In this document: positions 9,651 to 15,968 of the stretch, piece by piece | How the letters are laid out: every line of letters starts with the position of its first letter | How positions within the stretch are numbered: position 1 is the first letter of the stretch | DNA from: Alphaproteobacteria bacterium | Lineage (GTDB): Bacteria; Pseudomonadota; Alphaproteobacteria; RF32; CAG-239 | Length of the DNA: 64,000 nt | Assembly (NCBI GenBank): GCA_017464685.1 | Contig: JAFTYO010000003.1 | Location: 8,137 to 72,136, forward strand | Direction of reading: 5' to 3' | The notes under the pieces: generated by a model | What the model was told of the DNA's origin: nothing | The model's database searches: none | The model's input: only the letters and a program-made list of their open reading frames with translations | Program-made: the position numbers and the translations under genes

Positions 9651-10355
9651 ATGCAACCATTGAACAATTTAGATGTTGTTATCTTGATTATTACGGCTGT
9701 TTCGGCCCTAATTGCATTGTTTAGAGGTTTGGTAAAAGAAGTGTTGTCAATTGTGGGGTGGACTTTGGCAGCGGTTGTTGTATTTTATATGTTGCCGATT
9801 TTAACCCCGATTGCCAAGAATTATATTGCAAGTTCGATGATGGCCTCAATTGTGACCGCTTTGGCGGTGCTGATTGTGTTTTATGTTGTGTGGCTGCTGA
9901 CTACCGACAAGCTTATCGGCAAAATTCGCTCGAGTAAATTAAGCGCATTAGATAGAGTTTTAGGCTTGCTTTTTGGTGTCGTAAGAGCTTGTTTGATTGT
10001 GATATTGTTTAATATTTTGCTTTCGTGGGTGTTGCCCGAGGAAAGCAAGGAAGGAATGTTTAAAGAGTCGAGATATTTTCAACTTGCCGGCGAATTTGCC
10101 AAACCGATTGAGGGGTTGATTCCCGAAGAAACCAAAAATCTGATTAAGATAAAAAAAGATGAAACCGAACAAAAAGCTGAAGAAATAAAAAAAGATGCCG
10201 AACAAAAAGCCATAGATGAACTGTTTGAAAAATTGGCACAACCGCAAATTGAAAAAGTGGTAACAAAATCGGAAGAAGAAACCGAAAACTTTGAGGGCTA
10301 TAAAGAAAACCAAACCGATAATTTGGACAGACTCATCGAGGCAACAGTGGAGTGA
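9651..10355 (+). CDS. cvpA: CvpA-family membrane protein with a K/E-rich C-terminal tail
   Basis: Four TM segments with a CvpA-like layout, followed by a charged tail. Confidence 0.6.
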   Translation: MQPLNNLDVVILIITAVSALIALFRGLVKEVLSIVGWTLAAVVVFYMLPILTPIAKNYIASSMMASIVTALAVLIVFYVVWLLTTDKLIGKIRSSKLSALDRVLGLLFGVVRACLIVILFNILLSWVLPEESKEGMFKESRYFQLAGEFAKPIEGLIPEETKNLIKIKKDETEQKAEEIKKDAEQKAIDELFEKLAQPQIEKVVTKSEEETENFEGYKENQTDNLDRLIEATVE

Positions 10356-10357
10356 AA

Positions 10358-10387
10358 ACAAAGACCTGATTTTATCAGGTCTTTGTT
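10358..10387 (+). terminator. intrinsic terminator hairpin after cvpA
   Basis: Perfect inverted repeat ACAAAGACCTGAT-TTT-ATCAGGTCTTTGT followed by T-rich sequence. Confidence 0.6.
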
Positions 10388-10398
10388 GTAGATAAAAT

Positions 10399-10605
10399 TT
10401 AGTGGGTGCGTGTGATAGTAACTGAATCTGTGTATTCACCTGCTTTAACATTGGCAGGGATATTTAAGGTAGTATCTAAAATAAGGAATATCAAATGCGA
10501 GTCATAAACATTACCGGTAATGTGAAAAATCCCCACATTGGCAAAGCTTATTTTTTTATCACCGATATTGTTTTCGGTTTTAGCCTGTGTGTAAATATAA
10601 ATGAG
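10399..10605 (-). pseudogene. promoterless, signal-peptide-less C-terminal fragment of the MRKYFLL/YTGSF secreted-protein family
   Basis: The minus-strand frame reads ..KKISFANVGIFHITGNV...LNIPANVKAGEYTDSVTITRTH*. This keeps the family's FG and G-x-Y-T-x-S-alternating C-terminal motifs. There is no ATG, no signal peptide and no promoter cassette. Confidence 0.45.
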
Positions 10606-10614
10606 GTTAGATAA

Positions 10615-11160
10615 ATGACGAAAAGTGCATCAAAAGATATATTGATTAAATTGCGACCGATAACATATTTAATCTGGTGTTTATTAATAATATTTGCAAG
10701 CATAAATATTTTTCAGATGGGGCTTGATACCAATACGCAAGGTTCAAGATGTGATTATTATTTATGGCAGGAAGGGCAGATTTATCAATGGATTATAGAC
10801 AATGAACCTTGCCGATTTACTTTAGAGTTTTTGGTCGGATATATTTTTTATTTTGTTTTATATACTTTGTTTGACTATGTTCGCAGACTGATAGTCGGTT
10901 TTAATCCGAAAACTGTTTGGCGAATTTGTGAAATCGGAGTATTATTCGGATTAATGTGGGGATATCTGCTTTGGCTTAGCGCAAACGCTTTTAACATGGT
11001 AAATTGGCAAGTGTATCTAAATTCATTTTTTGGAGTTTTATTATTTTTTATACCGATTATTTTTATTGCGATCTTGTTTCGTTTGTTTAATAATCGTACA
11101 GAATTATGCTTACTGTCATTAATTTTACTGCTCAGTTTAGGTTTTGTTATTGCAAATTAA
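10615..11160 (+). CDS. hypothetical multi-pass membrane protein
   Basis: Long ORF with 5-6 hydrophobic segments. No recognisable motif. Confidence 0.5.
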   Translation: MTKSASKDILIKLRPITYLIWCLLIIFASINIFQMGLDTNTQGSRCDYYLWQEGQIYQWIIDNEPCRFTLEFLVGYIFYFVLYTLFDYVRRLIVGFNPKTVWRICEIGVLFGLMWGYLLWLSANAFNMVNWQVYLNSFFGVLLFFIPIIFIAILFRLFNNRTELCLLSLILLLSLGFVIAN

Positions 11161-11163
11161 AAA

Positions 11164-11190
11164 CCGCTCCTTGAAAAACTCAAAGAGCGG
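11164..11190. terminator. hairpin between convergent genes (likely bidirectional terminator)
   Basis: CCGCTC(C)TT...AA(A)GAGCGG stem. The run of T on the minus strand fits the family gene ending at 11206. Confidence 0.45.
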
Positions 11191-11205
11191 TTGGAATATT
11201 AAAAA

Positions 11206-11697
11206 TTAGTAAGTTACAGTTAAAGTAAATGAACCGGTGTACTCACCTGCTAAGCTTTCCATTTCTGTATCTGCTGAACCGGGAATATAAAGAGTTGCTC
11301 CAATACGATATACATCGCCTGTATACTCGTCATAATATGCTTGGAAATCGCCTACGGTTAAATCGCCATTAGGTCCAGTAATTTTTGCATCATTTGGAAA
11401 GGTAATAGTAGAGCTATTACTAATATCACAAATTGCAGCAGACGAACCATTAACTGCTACAATCCTTTTACCACCTCCGTTATCTGTTATTTCAAAGTCA
11501 TCAAAAAGTATTTTAATATTACCCTCATTACCATCGTTTTTGTTGTCAAGAACAATATGACCGAAATTTAAAGGTGAACAAGTAATACTATCAGCCTCCG
11601 TAATTTTTGCAGTCATTTCAATTTCAGCATAATTGTCAGCGTTTGCGGTGCTTGTTGCCAAGAGTGCAATTGCGCTCAAAAGAAAATATTTTCTCAT
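11206..11697 (-). CDS. family copy 1: small secreted two-Cys beta-rich protein (SCPU/Csu-pilin-like layout)
   Basis: MRKYFLLSAIALLATSTANA signal peptide, C..NFGHI motif, a second Cys, and C-terminal AGEYTGSFTLTVTY. Preceded by the conserved cassette. Confidence 0.8.
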   Translation of the reverse strand: MRKYFLLSAIALLATSTANADNYAEIEMTAKITEADSITCSPLNFGHIVLDNKNDGNEGNIKILFDDFEITDNGGGKRIVAVNGSSAAICDISNSSTITFPNDAKITGPNGDLTVGDFQAYYDEYTGDVYRIGATLYIPGSADTEMESLAGEYTGSFTLTVTY

Positions 11698-11837
11698 AAT
11701 TTATATCCTTTCTATAAAAATTAAGTTTAAGTACATTTGAAAAGCTAAAAATTAGCCTCTCAGGTCGCATCTTAAACCGTTTTTTTTTTTTGCAAGTAAA
11801 AAGAGTCTTAATGTGAATTTAAATCAAAAATGGTGTA
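11698..11837 (-). promoter_or_regulatory. family promoter/5'UTR cassette, copy 1 (T12 tract 11780-11791)
   Basis: The reverse complement reads ..TTTGATTTAAAT..GACTCTTTTTACTTGC-A12-CGGTTTAAGATGCGACCTGAGAGGCTAATTTTTAGCTTTTCA..AGGA..ATG. It is nearly identical to the cassette at 29194-29331. Confidence 0.6.
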
Positions 11838-11976
11838 GAGGTGTTGCCTCCTTTACTGTCATACCGGTGCCCAAGCTTTAGCTTGGAATAGACACCGGTA
11901 TCCAGGGAATAATTTAGCTATATTACCACCTGGACTCCGGCATCAAGTGCCGGAGTGACAGTTAGGAGGTGGTTGC
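11838..11976 (+). repeat. structured repeat element A (long hairpin with two internal stem-loops)
   Basis: Arms GCCTCCTTTACTGTCA (11846-11861) and TGACAGTTAGGAGG (11956-11969). Inner hairpins CCAAGC-TTTA-GCTTGG (11871-11886) and CTCCGGCA-TCAA-GTGCCGGAG. Related copies lie at 57393-57505 and 37515-37650. Confidence 0.55.
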
Positions 11977-12206
11977 AAAGTATGAGAATAAAAAACAAAT
12001 ATTTTCCGATTAGTATTAATTCGAAGGCCCCAAGACATTTTTGCTAACTACAAAAATCAGTGGTGACTTTGTTTTTTACTTTTGAAATATATTAATGTAA
12101 ATGCCGAAAATATTGTTTTTAATATATTTTTATTGATATTTTGGATTTTTCGTGTTATAACAAATTTTGTAATGAAAATAACAATAATTTTTGAAAGGAA
12201 AAAAAT

Positions 12207-13094
12207 ATGTATAATTATCCAAAATATCAATCTTATGAACAAACTTACGACACAGGATATTCGAATAAGAATTTTCTTAATAAGCTTAAAGAATATGCCA
12301 ATCGGCAAAGATACTATGATACTATGTATGGAGGTTGGCATGGTATTGGTTGGAAAAATAATATAATGAGAACATTAACCCCAGATTATGATAATTTTTT
12401 AAAACCAAATAATATGACAGAACAGGGTATTAAGTATGCTCAAAATAACTATTCCGGTGTTGTAGCCGATACTAGTTATTATGACACTTATGATAGAAAT
12501 GTTGATTACTATTTTAATCGTGATAAAAATGATTTGTGTGAAAATGAAGGTGGATTTATACCATATGCCTATTTAGATACAGCTAAGCCACCAAAAACTA
12601 CCATAGGTTGCGGTATAAACATTGAAGATATTCCAAATGTACAATTATATCATGCTCAAACCGGAAACATTTTAAGTGATGAAGAATTACAATCAGAAAT
12701 GGAAAAATTAAAAGAATCGTATTTACATAATGGTAAACCGTCTTTTTATGAGAACAAATCAAATATTCGCATTGCGCAAGAAGAAAATGACCGTATAATG
12801 AAAATGTTATATACGCAAGGATATAATCATATGTTATCAAAATATCCTGATTATCATAGTTATACTCAAGGCAGGCAGAAATATTTAATGGATATGATAT
12901 ATAATTTAGGCCAACCTAAGTTTGATAAATATGTTAATATGCGTGATGCTATTTTACAAAATAATTGGAAACAAGCGGCTAATGAGGCATGGCGTTGTGG
13001 AGTTGATTTTGGTAGGAACAAAAGAACACTTGATAATATGTATCCGGGATTAAATGTTTATGAAATAAGTAAGGAGCATTGTAATTATGATTGA
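12207..13094 (+). CDS. GH24 (phage/T4-type) lysozyme-like protein with a Tyr/Asn-rich N-terminal extension and no signal peptide
   Basis: CENEGGFIPYAYLDTAKPPKTTIGCGIN matches the lysozyme E...D...T-I-G-x-G catalytic core. C-terminal W..AANEAWRCG..GRNKR. The N-terminus MYNYPKYQSYEQ is not hydrophobic. Confidence 0.6.
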   Translation: MYNYPKYQSYEQTYDTGYSNKNFLNKLKEYANRQRYYDTMYGGWHGIGWKNNIMRTLTPDYDNFLKPNNMTEQGIKYAQNNYSGVVADTSYYDTYDRNVDYYFNRDKNDLCENEGGFIPYAYLDTAKPPKTTIGCGINIEDIPNVQLYHAQTGNILSDEELQSEMEKLKESYLHNGKPSFYENKSNIRIAQEENDRIMKMLYTQGYNHMLSKYPDYHSYTQGRQKYLMDMIYNLGQPKFDKYVNMRDAILQNNWKQAANEAWRCGVDFGRNKRTLDNMYPGLNVYEISKEHCNYD

Positions 13095-13803
13095 TATAAA
13101 AAATATGTTTAAAACAGTGATTCTTGTTTTTATTTGTATGGGATATTTTGAAACTCAAGCAAAATATCCTGAAAATTGTGTTTTTTTAATTTCGGGAGAA
13201 TGTTTTGATTGTAACTCCGCTTATACTTTACAGATGGGACATGAGCAAAACTGTGTCACACATTGCCCGAACAGATTTTATCGTAAGGGTAAATATTACA
13301 AAACCTGTCAATTAACAGATGATAATACACTTAATTTTCCAAAATTGTTTTTTGATTCGGAAAATACTTCAAGGGAAAATTGCAAAAAAGACGGATATTT
13401 TTACGGCATTCATAATGATGATTGCTATTCATGTGACACAACAGCTCCGGTTTTTATATCGCCATCTTGTGCCCAAGATAAAAATTGCATACAACAATGT
13501 CCTAATCGCACAATTTTATATGTTTCGCAAACCGAAGTGGTAAGTGTGACAAAGTGTCCGACAGAGCGTCCCTTAATGGATAAATTTTTATTATGTTGGA
13601 GTTGCGATGAAACCACGCCTATTGATATGAGTTTTAATCAGGATAAAATTTGGGATACTGCGCAAAATCCTTGCTTAGGATTGCGATATATAGATAAAAT
13701 AAGCAATCCGTTCAGTATGCTTTGTCCGGAAGATAAAAAGAATTTATCTGAAGAAGCTTGTCATCAATGTCTGGGAATATGGAAAGACAATCAATGTAAA
13801 TAA
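13087..13803 (+). CDS. secreted cysteine-rich protein with furin-like/growth-factor-receptor-like C-x2-C...C-x3-CP repeats
   Basis: Signal peptide (VILVFICMGYFETQA) and about 28 Cys. Repeated CFDCNS..NCVTHCPNRFY / CYSCDT..NCIQQCPNRTILY / CWSCDE units. The start overlaps the lysozyme-like gene by 8 nt. Confidence 0.65.
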   Translation: MIDIKNMFKTVILVFICMGYFETQAKYPENCVFLISGECFDCNSAYTLQMGHEQNCVTHCPNRFYRKGKYYKTCQLTDDNTLNFPKLFFDSENTSRENCKKDGYFYGIHNDDCYSCDTTAPVFISPSCAQDKNCIQQCPNRTILYVSQTEVVSVTKCPTERPLMDKFLLCWSCDETTPIDMSFNQDKIWDTAQNPCLGLRYIDKISNPFSMLCPEDKKNLSEEACHQCLGIWKDNQCK

Positions 13804-13814
13804 AAAAACATATT

Positions 13815-13849
13815 AAAAAACCGCCTCGAGGTTATTAAGCCCGAGGCGG
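13815..13849 (-). terminator. intrinsic terminator of family copy 2 (possibly bidirectional)
   Basis: CCGCCTCG...CGAGGCGG 8-bp stem, with a T6 run on the minus strand (A6 at 13815-13820). Confidence 0.65.
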
Positions 13850-13856
13850 CAAATTA

Positions 13857-14312
13857 CTATGCAGAAAGAAATGTTACCTCAAATGATCCGGTATAACTTG
13901 TAGGAGTTACACCCGCAGGAATGGATAAAGTTCCATTAATTGAGTTATACTCCCATTGTTCAGGCTTAAATGTTAAAACTTTTGATTCGCCCTCTGCACT
14001 TAGGGTTACAGTTTCAGATGAAAAATACATGACAGATGCTGCATCTAATTGACAATAAGCAGCCTCTGGGGCATCAGCACTTACAAAATCAGGACTGTCA
14101 CTTTCCGTAGTTACATCATTAATTAGTCTAACATTTACATCGCCATGACCGGCTTTTAAATAAAGAGTGCCAAAATTCACATCAGAACAATTAACTTCAT
14201 TTGCGTGTGCAATAGTAACATTAACCGCTAATTCTGAATATGCATTACTTTCAGCATCAACATTTGTTGCCATCATCAAAGCCGCAGCAGTAAGAAGAAA
14301 ATATTTTCTCAT
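13857..14312 (-). CDS. family copy 2: small secreted two-Cys beta-rich protein
   Basis: MRKYFLLTAAALMMATNVDA signal peptide, C..NFGTLY motif, a second Cys, and C-terminal SYTGSFEVTFLSA. Confidence 0.8.
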   Translation of the reverse strand: MRKYFLLTAAALMMATNVDAESNAYSELAVNVTIAHANEVNCSDVNFGTLYLKAGHGDVNVRLINDVTTESDSPDFVSADAPEAAYCQLDAASVMYFSSETVTLSAEGESKVLTFKPEQWEYNSINGTLSIPAGVTPTSYTGSFEVTFLSA

Positions 14313-14449
14313 AATTTGTATCCTTTACAAAAATTAAGTTTAAATGTACTTGAAAGGAATCAAAATTAACCTTTCAAGATGCATCATAAACCGTTTTTTT
14401 TTTGCAAGTAAAAAGAGTCTTTGTGAATATTTAAATCAATTTTGAGGTA
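14313..14449 (-). promoter_or_regulatory. family promoter/5'UTR cassette, copy 2 (T10 tract 14394-14403; type-B UTR hairpin)
   Basis: The reverse complement reads ACCTCAAAATTGATTTAAAT..GACTCTTTTTACTTGC-A10-CGGTTTATGATGCATCTTGAAAGG..CCTTTCAAG..AGGA..ATG. Confidence 0.6.
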
Positions 14450-14959
14450 TTAAATTATTCCGCAAGCAATTCTTTTACCACCACCGCCAAGAGGTAAAGG
14501 ATTATCTTTATAATTATCTCCACCGGAATGTATCATAATTGAACGATTTTTAAAATCTTTTACTTTTACGTTTTTGATATAAAACTTTCGTTTTACCGAA
14601 CCGTCAGAATCAACCATTAAATATGGCAAATCTCCTAAGTGTCCACCGCCGTTAGGTCCGAGATGTTTACCGGTTTTATATGGATCGTAATGCCCTCCGG
14701 CTTTGTGTGCAAACTCTATTTGACCATTTTTATTTGTAACTGCTGCACAGTCCGGATATTCATGGACATGAAAACCATGTTTTCCCTGTGGTAAATTTGT
14801 TAGACTTACTTCAACTAAAAGCCCGTTAAATGTATCTTTAAACCAAACAGTACCTATTTTTCTATTATTTGCTTCGGTTAAATATATATCAGATTTTATA
14901 CGCTGTTGATGGTTTGCACAGCTTATAACTAGCATACATACAAACAATATATATCTCAT
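14450..14959 (-). CDS. sodC: periplasmic Cu/Zn superoxide dismutase (probable lipoprotein)
   Basis: GFHVHE, GGHYDP and GGGGKRIACGII motifs. Lipobox-like LVISC in the signal peptide. Confidence 0.9.
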   Translation of the reverse strand: MRYILFVCMLVISCANHQQRIKSDIYLTEANNRKIGTVWFKDTFNGLLVEVSLTNLPQGKHGFHVHEYPDCAAVTNKNGQIEFAHKAGGHYDPYKTGKHLGPNGGGHLGDLPYLMVDSDGSVKRKFYIKNVKVKDFKNRSIMIHSGGDNYKDNPLPLGGGGKRIACGII

Positions 14960-15120
14960 ATTTTTTCTCCTCTTGAGGATATAATCAAAAATATAAAAAA
15001 AACAATCTATAACTTAGCAAAATTTGTGTATGTTATGCACTTAGCTTCAAAAAACACTTATCAAAAAAAACTTTGTAGTGTATAGTCTTTACAAAATAAT
15101 TTTTTAAAGGACTACTTATC

Positions 15121-15789
15121 ATGAAAAAAGTTTTTTTATCACCATTTTTCGCACCTGTTATTTTTATACTGTGTTGGTTTGTTTTGCTTGCCATTGTATT
15201 GATTTATTTTCCGGATCAAAAATATCAACTCACTTTTGACGGTCAAATAATAGACGTTTTAACCAATATAGGTTATATGTTTATGCTTGCGGCATTGTTA
15301 TATTTCAGTAAAGATTATACTGATAAAATTACATCTTGGGGAATATATTTATTTTTAGGTATGACCGCATATTTGCGTGAGGCCGGCATCCAACATCATC
15401 TTTCAAAAACAGATACGACACCTTTTAAATCGCGTTTTTTCTTAAAACCAGAAAATCCGATAGGTGAAAAAATTGTTTTTGGTATACTATTGCTGATTAT
15501 TTTTGGGGCGGTTTTATATCTGCTGATTAAATATGCCAAGCATCTTATAATATCTTTTTTTAAGTTTAATACCGTAACTTGGACCATTGCAGTATTTTGT
15601 TCAGTATTGGTATTTTCAAAATTTGCCGATAGATTTCCCGGAAATTGGCGAGATGCTCATAATGATGTTTCGTTACCGCAATCGCAAATTGAAATATGGT
15701 CGCTTTTAGAAGAAAGTATTGAAATTTTTATTCCGTATTTGGTAGTTTTAGCTTTAGCTCAATATCACTTATTAAAGAAAAAAAATTAA
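15121..15789 (+). CDS. hypothetical multi-pass membrane protein
   Basis: Six hydrophobic segments. No recognised motif. Confidence 0.5.
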   Translation: MKKVFLSPFFAPVIFILCWFVLLAIVLIYFPDQKYQLTFDGQIIDVLTNIGYMFMLAALLYFSKDYTDKITSWGIYLFLGMTAYLREAGIQHHLSKTDTTPFKSRFFLKPENPIGEKIVFGILLLIIFGAVLYLLIKYAKHLIISFFKFNTVTWTIAVFCSVLVFSKFADRFPGNWRDAHNDVSLPQSQIEIWSLLEESIEIFIPYLVVLALAQYHLLKKKN

Positions 15790-15807
15790 ATTATATTATA
15801 TTTCAAG

Positions 15808-15835
15808 CCTCTCATTAAGAGAGGTTTGTTTTTAC
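15808..15835 (+). terminator. intrinsic terminator
   Basis: CCTCTC-ATTAA-GAGAGG hairpin followed by TTTGTTTTT. Confidence 0.55.
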
Positions 15836-15968
15836 CTCAAATTTGATTTAAATATTCACAAAGACTCTTTTTACTTGCAAAAAAAAACGGTTTATGATGC
15901 GACCTGAGAGGCTAATTTTTAGCTTTTCAAATGTACTTAAACTTAATTTTTGTAAAGGATTTAAAATT
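15834..15968 (+). promoter_or_regulatory. family promoter/5'UTR cassette, copy 3 (A9 tract 15879-15887)
   Basis: ACCTCAAATTTGATTTAAAT, then TTTACT (15870-15875), a 17-nt spacer and TATGAT (15893-15898). A UTR hairpin TGAGAGGCTA/TAGCTTTTCA and AAGGA precede the ATG at 15969. Confidence 0.6.

Noticed and set aside
11981-12046. Mini-ORF MRIKNKYFPISINSKAPRHFC* that superficially echoes the family start MRKYFLL
   Set aside because: It is only 21 codons, has no cassette upstream and no signal-peptide core. The resemblance (ATGAGA...AAATATTTTC) could be chance or a tiny relic, and I cannot support it as a feature.
12057-12366. Two overlapping 94-aa ORFs on opposite strands upstream of the lysozyme-like gene
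   Set aside because: Both lie in an extremely AT-rich spacer and encode Ile/Phe/Lys-only low-complexity strings. They overlap each other and the start of the 12207 gene, which is typical of spurious ORFs in AT-rich DNA.
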